From Chiloscyllium plagiosum (lineage: Eukaryota), in assembly GCF_004010195.1 (NCBI RefSeq), contig NC_057718.1, positions 62,092,981 to 62,156,980 on the forward strand: 64,000 nt of DNA. The letters are read 5' to 3'. This document shows, piece by piece, positions 39,970 through 52,598 of this stretch. How positions within the stretch are numbered: position 1 is the first letter of the stretch; each line of letters opens with the position of its first letter. The notes beneath the pieces were generated by a model that made no database searches, had not been told where the DNA came from, and worked only from the letters and a program-made list of their open reading frames with translations. The translations under genes were made by a program, and so were the position numbers.

Positions 39970-40788
39970 GTTCTTACTGTTCTCTTCAGTTGACATGAAG
40001 TCTCTTTTTTTCATCTGCCAAAATCCTTGGGAATAACTTACACCTTGTTAATTGAACGAGAATTAAATTCAGAAGAACAGACTCTCTGGTTCTGAAATAG
40101 TTTGTAATTGTGGAACTTCACACTTCTTTGTGATAAAATTTTAAAATATTAACATCCGCTTCAACTGTGTGTGTTTGTTTGTGTATTCCAATCTAATTTA
40201 CTTTCTTGTGAAGAGAAAGGTAATTTTAATGTATTTTACTTCCTGGCTTGTTGCCTGTCTCTTAAAAAGAGGGGAAAGGATCATCTAAGTGACAGACCAG
40301 TCATCTTATGATAGACAGTAAATTTTGAAGGGAAAGCAAATTAAAGGGCAATATAAATCTGAGCCATTCTGAATGATTGATTATTTATCAAGGACCATTA
40401 GCATTGATTTGTTAAAGAATGGTTGGTTGTGTTTGACTAATTCAAGGCAGACCACCTGAGGGTAGCATAGAGCATGTGTGGTTTTAAAAGGTCCTGCATG
40501 AACGGTTCCTCCAAAATTGATGCAGTAGCAAGAAACTGAAGGTTATGGTCACTTTTGTGACTGCCTGTTTCCAGTGGGATTCTGAAAAGCTCAATATTAG
40601 CTCCCTTACTTTTCGTGGTTTTTTTTCAATTTTGGGGACACGAAAGGAAGTTAGCCATGTGGGTGATGAAAGAGAAAGCTGTATATTGCAGAAAGATATC
40701 AATGGACTGATCAGGTGAGAGTAAAATGGCAGATTAAAATCCGTAAGCAGTGGGGGAGATAATGCATTTTGGATCAACGAACTTTCCT

Positions 40789-41142
40789 GGGGTGGCATGG
40801 TTACGCAGTGGTTCGTGCTACTGCTTCTCAGTACCAAGGACCTGGGTTCAATTCCAACCTCTAATGACTGTGTGTATGCAGAGTTTGCATGTTCTCCCAG
40901 TGTGTCTGTATGGGTTTCATCCAGGTACTCCAGTTTCCTCACACAGTCCAAAGTTGTGTGAGTTAGATGGATTGACCATGCTAAATTGCCCATAGTGTTC
41001 AGAGATATGAAGAATAGGTGGATTAGCCATGGGAATACAGGGTTACAGGGATAGGGTAGCGGGGGTGGGTCTGGAATGCTTTTCAGAGGGTTGGTGTAGA
41101 CCTGAAGGGCCAAATGGCCTGTTTCTATAGTGTGGGGATCCA
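40789..41142 (+). mobile_element. HE1-type SINE (older subfamily) next to a CR1 remnant at about 40260-40775
   Basis: B box GGTTCAATTCC, V domain, tail. Confidence 0.88.
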
Positions 41143-42009
41143 AGAGATCTCAGAATAGTGAGAAATGTGCTTCTTAATGTCCTGTGTAAGTCATGTGGAG
41201 GGTAGTCAGGTAACAGTTGAGTCTGCATCCTGTTGTGTTGGTCTAGGATAATTTCAGGTGATTACAAAGCTGTCTAATAAATATCAGATAACCTTTCAGC
41301 CAGTCACTCCGTCATCTGCAGGGTCATGGCTTTACCAGACTGTGTAAAGCAAATTCTAATTTTAATTGGAATTTTTACAGGTGTTTCAGGGCCATATTCT
41401 ACAATACGATCCACTTTTCTTTCTGGGGGTAAAAGAATAAGGTTCTTAAGTATGAATAACAAGTATCATTAGTAAATGTCATAGCAGTGGTGAATTTGAA
41501 TGAGAAATAGGCAAAAAGAACTAGAAATTGGATTAAATTGAATAGCTCTTTCATTCTGCACAAACATGATGGGCCAGATAGCTGCCTCTTGCACTGTTAA
41601 TTTCTTGTTTCTTTGTAAGAACTCTGACCTGATTGCTGGTTAGCTTGATAGCATGACCACTGCGGGCTACTTTAAGCTGAAGCCAGAATTGACTTCAATA
41701 TCTTGACATGTGAAGTTCAGCCCACAAGAGATCACTTGTGATGAAAAGACACGAGAATTGCATTGATAAATATATTGGCCATAATTGCGTGGTGGAACAA
41801 AGTCGATAGACCTTATTCTGATCCTATATCCTCTGCTCTAAATCTTTGCAGGAAGTTTCTCCAATTTAAATTATTGCTATCACTTTGCTGAATGCAAAAT
41901 CTGCCTCAAATGTAGCTTACCTTTGTAAATCCTGTTGAAGTAAAATCATTACCAATGTTCTAACAAGTAAATACCTACTGAGAGATCTATTTTTCTCTTT
42001 TTTTTATAG

Positions 42010-42119
42010 GGGTGATTATGTTACCATCTGGTTTATTGGAATAATTTTTAAGAAGGTGGAAAATGCAGAAAGTGTAAACATTGATCTGACACAAGATATT
42101 CAATTATTCACTGATACAG
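42010..42119 (+). CDS. PAPOLG: PAPOLG exon 15
   Basis: ttatag| GDYVTIWFIGIIFKKVENAESVNIDLTQDIQLFTDT-V |gtaaaa. Confidence 0.96.
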
Positions 42120-42175
42120 GTAAAAAAAAATGTACAATTTGATTTAAGCTCAGTGGCTTTGACAGTTTTTGAGAT

Positions 42176-43128
42176 CAAAGTTTGTGCGAAGATTTGTAGC
42201 TCGGGTGCTCGTTGTTGTGGTTCTGTTCGCCGAGCTGGAAGTTTTTGTTGCAAACATTTCGTCCCATGGCTAGGCGACATCATCAGTGCTTGGGAGCCTC
42301 CTGCGAAGTGCTTCTTTGATGTTTCCTCCGGTGTTTATAGTGGTCTGTTCCTGCCGCTTCCGGTTGTCAGTTTCAGCTGTCCGCTGTAGTGGTTGGTATA
42401 TTCCATCAACAACTCCATCAACTCCATCAACAAACACATCGACCTCGACCCAATATACCAACCACTACAGCGGACAGCTGAAACTCACAACCGGAAGNNN
42501 NNNNNNNNNNNNNNNNNNNNNNNNNNNNNNNNNNNNNNNNNNNNNNNNNNNNNNNNNNNNNNNNNNNNNNNNNNNNNNNNNNNNNNNNNNNNNNNNNNNN
42601 NNNNNNNNNNNNNNNNNNNNNNNNNNNNNNNNNNNNNNNNNNNNNNNNNNNNNNNNNNNTGTTTGGCTTGCCCTATGATAGTAGTGTTGTCCCAGTCGAA
42701 TTCATGTTGCTTGTTGTCTGCGTGTGTGGCTACTAAGGATAGCTGGTCGTGTCGTTTCGTGGCTATCGAAACGACACGACCAGCTATCCTTGGTAGCCAC
42801 ACACGCAGACACCAAGCAACATGAATTTGACTGGGACAACACTACTATCATAGTGCAAGCCAGACAGAGAACAGCCAGGGAATTCCTAGAGGCATGGCAT
42901 TCATCCACAAACTCCATCAACAAACACATCGACCTGGACCCAATATACCAACCACTACAGCGGACAGCTGAAACTGACAACCGGAAGCGGCAGGGACAGA
43001 CCACTATAAACACCGGAGGAAACATCAAAGAAGCGCTTCGCAGGAGGCTCCCAAGCACTGATGATGTCGCCTAGCCAGGGGACGAAATGTTTGCAACAAA
43101 AACTTCCAGCTCGGCGAACAGAACCACA
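42176..43128. mobile_element. Penelope-like insertion (family A) with inverted arms and a 14-bp TSD, spanning the assembly gap
   Basis: TSD ACAGTTTTTGAGAT at 42162-42175 and 43129-43142; HEFDWDNTTII..QRTAREFLEAWHS GIY-YIG C-terminus; hammerhead motifs at 42250-42289 (-) and 43055-43094 (+). Confidence 0.9.
42498..42659. other. Assembly gap (162 N)
   Basis: Run of N. Confidence 1.
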
Positions 43129-43989
43129 ACAGTTTTTGAGATATTTGCTATTTAGACTTGTTTTAGACTTCATAGGACAAGAAAAGATCTTAGTCCAGAT
43201 CTTGATCTCCAGGTAACCTGAAACAGAACATGTGAAAGAGGTGTGCTTTGAAATTCCTTGCGTATCCCAATTTGACTGCGCAGGAGGTTTAAGCTCCTGA
43301 TAGGAAATTACACTCTGTCCATAAGCCTCCAAAAATGTCTGAAGTTCTGCAGAGTCGGAGACTTTTTTCAAGAGCTTTGACTCAACCTGAGTAGCTACCC
43401 AGGAAAAGGTTCGGGTGAGATTAGATTTTGCCTGGCTAACAATATAAAACTGACCTCCACCCTGACTCCTCATTTCATGGTCTCTCCAACACTGATCACC
43501 CTCCCCAATATCCCTGTTTTCACACCTTTTTAACCCTTCCCTGACTTTTCACCTTACCCTCTCACCCACTTGCCTTTTTGGTAGCTTACAAAGAGGCTTC
43601 AGGACATTTTTTTTTAAAGACTTTGTGCATTGCTGGAATACGTCAGTAAAGTAGTCAATAAAAAAGCGCTTGGCTTTTAAGAGTATTCACTCCAGTGTAG
43701 TCTGCATGGTTTACTGGGCTGAGATTCTTACGGTGGACTCTTCAGAAGTCAGGCCTGAAAAATCTTGGGAAGGTACGTGACTTTTTATCTGATCTGGATT
43801 AGCAATATTAACTCTGACCCAATTAGGAAAGTTTGAGTCCTAGCAATCTTTTCATTTTATAAACAGTTTTGTGCAATATAACAGGTTTACAGAACCCATG
43901 CAAAAAATAGATTGCATGAACTAATTTTAGCACCTATTCAAAAACTGCAGCTTGACTTTGGATGTGTTGCATTTTATGACTAAAGGTTT

Positions 43990-46900
43990 TGGTGATGTTA
44001 TGGCTTTATCATTGAAATGTGCTTAATGCTATCAGTTCAGATTCCTCAGTAACTATCCAGTTTAGGTCAGAGAATGACTTTCTTCCACTTTTGGAGTTAT
44101 GGGTCCTGAGATGATAAATTGTCCAATACTGGATCTGCATACATTGCCATAGATGGTGTTTGTGAAGTAGGTTGATGCTCAGATTTTCGTACGCCGCTTC
44201 TGTTGATTTCACTTGAACTGCTCCTGCATCTGTCAACACTCCATGGATGGTATCTTCCCATAGACTGTTTGTTTGTTTCTCCAGTTTGAGTGATCCCATA
44301 CAAGGGAGTGCTCTGAGTCATTAGTAATGTTGCGTTTATCAGGGAGCTTCATAGAACTGGGGTGGAGTGTTGTGATGAGGAAGATAGAAGAGCATTTGGT
44401 GTGATGGCACAACCTTGCTTTACCCCAGTTTGAACTCTTACTGAGTCTGTATTTGATCTGTCAGTGAGGATCATGTCTTGTCTTGTGTTCTGCAGACAGA
44501 GGTTGGTGATGAATTTCTATGGGCAACCAAGGCGGAGGTGGACGCTACATAAAGTTAGAGATGTACAGCATGGAAACAGACCAGATGTCCCAGATTAATG
44601 TAATCTAGTCCCATTTGCCAGCACTTGGACCATATCCTAACTAACCCTTCCTATTCATATACCCATCCAGATGTCTTTTAAATGTTATAATTGTCCCAGC
44701 CTCCACAATTTCTACTGGCAGCTCATTCCATACACACACACACCATCCTTTTGCGTGAAAATGTTGCCCTCTAGGTCCCTTTTTAAAATCTTTCCCCTCT
44801 CTCCCCAAGCCTATGCCCTCTAGTTCTGGACTGTTTGCTCCTCTCCCCACCCCCCAGGGAGAAAGACCTTGTCTATTTACCATATCCATAAATCTCTCTA
44901 AGGTCACCCCTCAGCCTCCAACACTTCAGGGAAAACAACCCCAGCCTGTTCAGCCTCTCCCTATAGCTCAAATCCTCCAACCCTGGCAACAGCCTTGTAA
45001 ATCTTTTCTGAACCCCTTCAAGTTTCACAACATCCGTCTGATAGAAGGGAGACCAGAATTGCAGACGATGTTCTAAAAGTGGCCTAACCAATATCCTGTA
45101 CAGCCACGTGATGTCTCAACGCGTATACTCGATGCTTTGACCAAGAAAGGAAAGAATACCTTCACTATCCCAGCTACCTGCGAGTTCGCTTTCAAGGAGC
45201 TATGAACCTTCACTCCAAGGTCTCTTTGTTCAGCAACACTTTCTAGGACCTTACCATTAAGTGCATAAGTGCTGCCCTGATTTGTCTTTCCAAAATGCAG
45301 GACCGCATATTTATCTAAATTTAAACTCCATCTGCAACTCCACGGCCCATTGACCCACCTGATCAAGATCCTGTTGTAATCTGAGGTAACTTTCGCTGTC
45401 CACTGCACTTCCAATTTTGACGTAATCTGCAAAATTACGAACTATACCTCCTCTGTTCACATCCAAATAATTTATATAAATGACAAAAAGCAGTGAACCG
45501 AGCACCGATCTTTATGACACACCCCACTGGTCACAGGCTTCCAGTCTGAAAGGCAGCCCTCCACCACCACCCTTCTACCTTCAAGCCAGTTATGTATCCA
45601 AATGGCTAGTTTTCCCTGTATTCCACGTGATCTTAACCTTGCTAACTAGTCTACCATGAACCTTGTCGAACATCTTACTGAAGTCCATATAGATCACGTC
45701 CACCACTGTGCCCTCATCTTGTCCCCCTTGGTTACATCTTCAAAAAACTCATCAAGTTTGTGAGACATAATTTCCCACGCACAAAGCCATGTTGACTATC
45801 CCTAATCAGTCCTTACCTGTCCAAATGCAAGCAAGTCCTGTCCCTCCGGATCCCTTCCAACAACTTGCCTACCACCAACGTCAGGCTCACTGGTCTGTAG
45901 TCCCATGCTTTTCCTTACCACCTTTCCTAAATGTCAACCATAATTTGTCCCTGTTGATAGTTGAAGGCCTTCGTAGTTGGAAGTCAAAGACGGCCATGCA
46001 TAGACATTGCTTCTGCTTTCTGTATATTTTATGGACTAATGATCTTTGCAATAAGACCTCAGCGGAGCTTCTTAATGGATGCAAAGTCCATATTATGACT
46101 CTGGACAAAGCTCAGTTGTCATGCCTTTTTTTCCCTGACAGACAGCAGGAAGACCCCTATGTAGTTATTGTAATTAGTCTTGTCTCCTGTCTGAGTGATC
46201 CCCTGGCATACATGCTGTCTTTCCAGATGAGGGATCTGACTTCCTGTGTTCATTGCCACAAGTGTTTCTTCCCCTATTTCAGTGTTGTTTTTAGGAGGAT
46301 TCTAGCTGTAAGGCAGCCTTGTTGATTCTCAGCTGTCAGACAGTTTATTCAATCTCCACATCCGGCTGGTTGTGCTGAGATTGAAGGCACTCGTCAAGGA
46401 CTGAGTCACAGTTGAGATCCTCAAAGTCCTCATTCCACTGAGTGCTGACAGCTTGTCTGACCTCATGCTTCCATTCCATTCTTGGCTTTCAGTGGAATAG
46501 CTATTTGGATGCTTGGCAGTGGATGCTCTTCTGTGCACTGAAGAATCTTATCCAGGTCATGGCTGCACTGTTTCTAATAGTCATTTGTTCTTTTAAGTCA
46601 CCTTTTTCTGTGTTGAACCTGTGGACATCTTGTGGTCCCTACTCGTTGAAACTAAAGAAGATAACTAAAGTGCTAACTGAGCAGGACTCTCATTGCAGGT
46701 CTTTGAGTTTATTGCCACAGGATATTCGTTGTCAGAGCTTCTGCCACTGCTATTTTGGGTCTAGGTTGACTGGTTTAGGTGAGGTTCGATCCAGCAGTTG
46801 TCAGCTCTTGTCATGGCATGTGTGGTGCAGACATCCTTGTGATCACTCATTCAGGCAATGACTTAGTCAAGCAGGTGCTAAAGTTTGGGATGTGAGTGAT

Positions 46901-47650
46901 GCCATAAGATGTATGTCTCTGTTGAAATAGAATGTGTAATGACCAGATCATATTCAAGGCATTTTGTCAGAAGATGGGCTTAATTGTTCTGTGTTTTCAC
47001 TATGCCTTTTTTGCTAATTGTGATTTTTCCAGAAGTTTGTGTGCATCAAGGACAATTGTAAATATCTCTCTGGGCCAGGAGAAAACCATTGATCACAATT
47101 GGAATGGAATTTGTTTTTGGCCTCATCTGTTGCTTGTAGGATTAAGGTGTATATACTGCTTCTGGGTTGTGGTGAGCCAAAAGGTCATGAGATATTCGTT
47201 TATTCCACAAACGGACCCACCTGAGATGGTCGACGAGTTTGTAATTTTTGATGAAGCCAACTTTGTTGAGTCAGCATTCTCCACTAACTATATTGCATTA
47301 TCAAACAGACTATTCGCTACAACAGTAATTAATTTTATATATTATTTTCTTTACTATAATGCTCTCAAGTGTTTTCTCTCTCCATATTTTTTACGCAACT
47401 TCTTAAATTGCCTGTCATCTAAGGACAGTACCTAATCTCCTTTGCTTGTGGGCTGTAGCTCCATATTAACCAACTTTTTATTTTTCTCTGGCCCTTTGAT
47501 GAAATGTTCCGGAAAAGAAGGTTAACTGATGTCTTCTGTCAAATACCATTTTTCAGCATTTAAGACAACTTTGCCAGTATCCCACATGCTTTATAGACGT
47601 TCTGAAATTCAGGAATTTCTTTGTCCAAACTTATCATCATCACTAACTCT
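43990..47650 (-). mobile_element. Degenerate RTE-clade LINE interrupted by a CR1
   Basis: Minus-strand TGVKQGC (about 44410-44430), LRLGCP (about 44520-44540), TINRDKLW (about 45940-45965) and endonuclease-like remnants at about 47100-47300. Confidence 0.7.
44549..45930 (-). mobile_element. CR1 (HER1-like) LINE, RT to 3' end
   Basis: ORFs 44873-45091 and 45311-45505 (LLFVIYIN..NFADYVKIG..LRLQQDLD); CR1 tail. Confidence 0.94.
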
Positions 47651-49904
47651 TTCATATCCCATTTGTTGTTTTCATCTTTTTTTATGACTATGCTTCTAAT
47701 CTCTCAGTTTCTGATTTTATAGCTACAGCTATGCCCTCTGTACAGAATAGGAACAAGCATGCAATTAAATTCAAATATTTGCCCTTCACAAGATGAACCA
47801 TGTTTGACCTCTGACGTCAGGCCACCATGGTACAATCATGGATAATGTCTTCCAGAACAGCTCCATTTCAAATGCTGTTGAGTTATGCAATGAACTATCT
47901 AATTGGAGATGGACTATCTGGAGTAATTACACCCTGACCAATCTAAAGTTACAAGCTTAATTATAAAACAGGTGATTCACTGAACAATGTGCTTGGCTCG
48001 CATCGAGAGTGGGGTTTTAATTTCTTTTAAAATTTACTTTGCTTTATCTTGTACCTTGAATCAAATAGCATTTCCTTTTTGTACTCAGACTTTTTATTTC
48101 CCGTCTGGGTGGTGCTTGAGAGTCTCTGTTATCAATGCTGGTAAAGTGTGAAGCCAAACACCTAAGTTAAATGTAAAGTGAAGATTCTTTCTAAAACTAT
48201 TGGATATCTAATAGAAGTGGGTTTTTTTTTTAATGGTTTTCAGGTGTAGTAATTTCTCTTGTAGAACTAAATTTGAACCCAGGAACTTTCTCTGAAACTG
48301 AATGACAATACTTTTTCAGATGTAGGGCTATAATTCATACTTGAGGCTTTGCAGTGATTAGTTCTGTACTGTACAGTCCCATACAAGATGTAGATAGTTG
48401 GACAATATGCTTACGAAATACTGGTAACTGCAGGAAGATGTAGTATGTTACAGTTGGCTGGTGATATTTTGTATTAATGTTTTTGATTTGGTCCTGATTA
48501 TGCTGCTACTAATGCTGTGTCCGAGATCATAACTATGAAGATTTGGCTTAACCAGTAGCAGTCATCACACTACTCCTTTATAGATGATTTATGTTTGTGT
48601 TACTTAACACATTATCGTTGAATGAAATAACATTAGAAGTTGGTTTTCTTTCCAACTTGATGCTATGGCATTTCATTGCTAAATTGATATAGTCTAGGGA
48701 AAGGACAAATTATCAATAGTGACTAATGCCAACTGCAGGAAGCACAAACAGCAAATCCCTACAGCAAAGCATACCTGCATTAATCTGATTAATGTGGTAC
48801 CTGACATTACAACCTGAAAAATAGTTTGATTAATTTCAGGCAATTCTGAGCAAATTTACATTTATAGCCATAAAAAGGGATGTTGAAATTAACTTTTTTT
48901 TCCTTGTTCTGTAAACACATTTCCACCACCCATAAAATGCAAAGTTCAAACACAAAGCAAAATGTTTATCAGAGCCACTCCTCATGCTGAATGTGGGAAT
49001 CTTTTTTATAAAAGAGTGGCACACTATGTGCCCATATTTTAAAAGTTATGTCCTCCTGAATTCCACATTGCACTATGCTATCAAAGCAAGAGATTATCAA
49101 TCAGGGCATCTAAACTTGGCAGACCACAAATAAAGTCAACTTTCCACTAACTGTTGAATTACAGCAGTGATCCTATTAAAAATTGATGAAAAGAACTGAT
49201 GATTGGATCGGACTGGCAATGAATTTAGTAAGAGGGCAGCTTCATATATGTGAAAGAAAATTCACAAATACTAAAACTTGGCATTACAGTCACTACTGAT
49301 AATTTGCCCTCTCTAGCCTATATCTGTTTAGTAACGGAATGCCATAGCACCAAGATGCAAAGAAAACCATTAAAATATAATGTTATTCCATTCAATGATA
49401 ATGTGTCAACTAATCTACTTCAAGGTACTCCTTTTCTAACATTGAACTCATCTATAAAGAATAGTGTGATTGCTACTGGTTAAGCCAAATCTTCATGGTT
49501 ATAATCTCAGACCGAGCATTAGTAGCAGCAAAAACAGGACCTAATTGAAAACATGAACATAAAATGTCACCAGCTAATTGTTACATATTATATCTTCCTG
49601 CAGTTACCAGTATTTCATAAGTATATTGTCTAACTATCTACATCTTGTGTGGGACTGTACAATGCAGAACAAATCATTGCAAAGCCTCAAGTATGAGTTA
49701 TAGATTTTTGGAAACTTGTTGCAAAGTTAGGGAGTTGTTTAATCAATCCCATTATGTGCTTCCTTTGGTTACTGATCTTTGAATATCCAAATTCTGTAAT
49801 TTTGATCTCCAGCTGTGTCCTGTTCTTATTGTGATTTTATTTCTGATTTAAAATTTGTAAGTGCTGGGGCTGCAAAGATCAGGCATCGTCTATGGGGAAT
49901 CATA

Positions 49905-51032
49905 AATCTCATAGAATATAGGGAGAACTAGTCCATTTGGATGCAAAACTGGCTCGAAGGTAGAAGACAAAGGGTGGTAGTGGAGGGTTGCTTTTCAAAC
50001 TGGAGACCTGTGACCAGTGGATTGCCACAAGGAACGGTGCTGGGTCCACTACTTTTCCTCATTTATGTAAATGATTTGGATGTGAACATAGGAGGTTTAG
50101 TTATTAAAGTTGTAAATGACACCAAAATTTGAGGTGTAGTAGACAGCGAAGAAGGTTACCTCTGATTGCAGTGGGATCTTGATCAGATGGGTCAATGGGC
50201 TGAAGAGTGGCAGATGGAGTTTAATTTAGATAAATGTGAGATGTTGCATTTTGGGAAAACAAATCTTAGCAGGACTTATACACTTAATGGTTGCTGAACA
50301 AAAAGACCTTGGAGTGCAGGTTGATAGTTCCTTGAAAGTAGAGTCGCAGCTAGATAGGGCAGTGAAGAAGGCATTTGGTATGCTTTCCTTTATTGGTCAG
50401 AGTATTGAGTACAGGAGTTGGGAGGTCATGTTGCGGCTGTACAGGACGTGGGTTAGGCCACTTTTGGAATATTGTGTGCAGTTCTGGTCTCTCCTATAAG
50501 AAGGATCTTGTGAAACTTGAAAGGGTTCAGAAAAGATTTACAAGGATGTTGCCACGGTTGGAGAATTTGAGCTATAGGGAGAGGCTGAATAGGTTGGGGC
50601 TGTTTTCCCTAGCATCGGAGGCTGAGCGGTGACCTTTATAGAGGTTTATAAAATCATGAGGAGCATGGAGTGACCTTTATAGAGGTTTATAAAATCATGA
50701 GGAGCATGGACAACATAAATCGACTAAGTCCTTTCTTTGGGGGGGCGGCGACTTGAGGGCATAGATAGGTTTAGGGTGAGAGGAGAAAGATATAAAAGAG
50801 ACTTAAGGGGCAACATTTTCATTGAGAGTGGTGCATGTATGGAATGAGCTGCCAGAGGAAGTGATGGAGGCTAGTACAATTACAACATTTAAAAGGCATC
50901 TGGATGGGTATATGAATAGGAAGGGTTAGGACGATACGAGCCGTGTGCTGGCTAGGTTAGGTTGGGATATCTGGTCGGCATGGACAAGTTGGATTAAAGG
51001 GGCTGTTTCTGTGCTGTACATCTCTGACTCTA
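49905..51032 (+). mobile_element. CR1 (HER1-like) LINE 3' part with a 41-bp tandem duplication (50629-50710)
   Basis: [37 protein letters not shown]; tail. Confidence 0.94.
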
Positions 51033-51570
51033 AGTGTTTGAGGTCACTGACCCTCGTCAGATCCAGGAATAAACACTTATAATTGGCTTTGATCAAGGGC
51101 AGGTGAAGCAGGATAATAAAAGGGTCTCTAACAGGGTAGAAGACAGGAGAGATTGAACAAAAGAAGAAATTTTTAGTTTTGTTGGGCTAGTGAGAATATT
51201 GATGTGGGAAGGAAAGAAACTAAAACATGCACTGCTGACTGAAAACAAAAAGAAAATTGAAATGTGCAAACATTTTGGGGGGGGGGGGTTAACAGCTTTG
51301 TCAGAAAATGAGGAATTTTGATTTGTCAAGGTTATAAAATGGGTCTAATTGAGAAGATGAGTTGTCCATGGTCAAGTTTGCTTTGAACTTCACTAGAATA
51401 GTTTTGTCCTCAGCCTCGTGCACTATCAGCATGAGAACAAAGGAAGAGTTAAGATTAGAGGCTACTGGCATATCAAGGTCGTGATCATTGACTTTAACAA
51501 TGCATTCTGCAAAGTGGTCCCTCAAACAATGGTAGGTCTCACCAATGTACGTCAACATTTCCATCATCCA
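51033..51570 (-). mobile_element. Old Penelope-like GIY-YIG fragment with degenerate hammerhead tail
   Basis: ORF 51301-51567 LTYIGETYHCLRDHFAEC; minus-strand CTGACGA-GGGTC-AGT-GACCT-CAAAC at 51035-51060. Confidence 0.65.
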
Positions 51571-51689
51571 TAGTATAAGAATTCTATGATTATTAACAGC
51601 TTAGATATTACATTATTTAAACTGTAAAAATAATTTCTTTTCACTTCATGACTTGCTCTTATCAGAGAACAACTCTGGTTTAATTCCAG

Positions 51690-51811
51690 TGTATAGACAA
51701 GCAAATAACATTAACATGCTGAAGGAGAAAATGAGAATCGAAGCTACACATGTCAAGAAAAAACAGCTCCATCAGTATTTGCCAGCCGAAATCCTACAGA
51801 AAAAAAAGAAG
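51690..51811 (+). CDS. PAPOLG: PAPOLG exon 16 (basic NLS region)
   Basis: ttccag| YRQANNINMLKEKMRIEATHVKKKQLHQYLPAEILQKKKK |gtaaat. Confidence 0.96.
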
Positions 51812-51897
51812 GTAAATATGGACTGCTAAATTGACCTGATCCAGCACTTTACCTTGGATTTCATTTTTTTAATGTCTCATTCTGTTTTGCCTTCCAG

Positions 51898-52079
51898 CAA
51901 AGCATACCTGACATTAATCGGAACTCTTCTGGAAATGTTGGAAATCTAAATCGCACATCTTTAGAAGGAAGTCCTTTGGACAGTTCTAGGGATACTGATG
52001 TTGGCACCCCTTTTGGTTCTCCTGCATTGTTACAAAAATCTTCCAAACCAAATACTCAGGGAACAGAGGACTTGCAGAA
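51898..52079 (+). CDS. PAPOLG: PAPOLG exon 17 (Ser/Thr-rich C-terminal domain)
   Basis: ttccag| QSIPDINRNSSGNVGNLNRTSLEGSPLDSSRDTDVGTPFGSPALLQKSSKPNTQGTEDLQ-K |gtatgt; LDSSRDTDxGTPFxSP matches PAPOLG. Confidence 0.92.
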
Positions 52080-52171
52080 GTATGTGAAACTTATTTGGAA
52101 CATGTTGACCACATTGACATTCATGTTGTAACATTATGGCACTGAAGACTTCTCTTTTTTTTTATATATAG

Positions 52172-52290
52172 ACACAGTATTTCACCTGGAAAAATACAAG
52201 CTTTAGATGTAACAAAACAAATTCTTAATGACGGCAATTCTCCAGAAACTCAGCTTGGCCAAGGGAACTCTCGGCCTGTTATTGCTGCAA
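52172..52290 (+). CDS. PAPOLG: PAPOLG exon 18
   Basis: atatag| HSISPGKIQALDVTKQILNDGNSPETQLGQGNSRPVIAA-K |gtatgt; phases match both neighbours, sequence weakly conserved. Confidence 0.82.
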
Positions 52291-52374
52291 GTATGTCAAC
52301 TTATTGTAACAGCTATTCAACAAGGCTTCATGTTTTGATTTCAAATACATTAAATAATAAATGTTTCGTTGCAG

Positions 52375-52598
52375 AGAATGATTCTATTTCCACTACTACA
52401 AGTTCCACTCCTTCTCAAGCACTCTGTTCTATTCCCACTGTTGTTGGGCGCAGTGTAATTCCTCGTTTGACATCTCCATGTAACCAGCCACAGCCAAATG
52501 GGACCAAGTTAACAACTAGCCCAAACAGCTCTTCATCAAAACGACCTCATTCACCTACGTTGGAAGAATCTCCAAAACGGCTTAAAGACCTCCCCATG
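52375..52598 (+). CDS. PAPOLG: PAPOLG exon 19
   Basis: ttgcag| NDSIST...LCSIPTVVGRSVIPRLTSP...KRPHSPTLEESPKRLKDLPM |gtaagg. Confidence 0.93.

Noticed and set aside
40484..41143. 219-aa minus-strand ORF
   Set aside because: Runs antisense through a SINE and a CR1 remnant; spurious
42660..42862. Near-perfect ~100-bp palindrome as a standalone hairpin or miRNA gene
   Set aside because: It is Penelope coding sequence inverted on itself and abuts an assembly gap, so it is either part of the element's inversion or a misassembly
45789..47435. Plus-strand ORFs of 139-178 aa in intron 15
   Set aside because: Antisense to CR1/RTE remnants; no splice-compatible PAPOLG similarity
50629..50710. 41-bp perfect tandem repeat as a functional array
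   Set aside because: Only two units inside a CR1 copy; a simple slippage or repair duplication, not CRISPR-like
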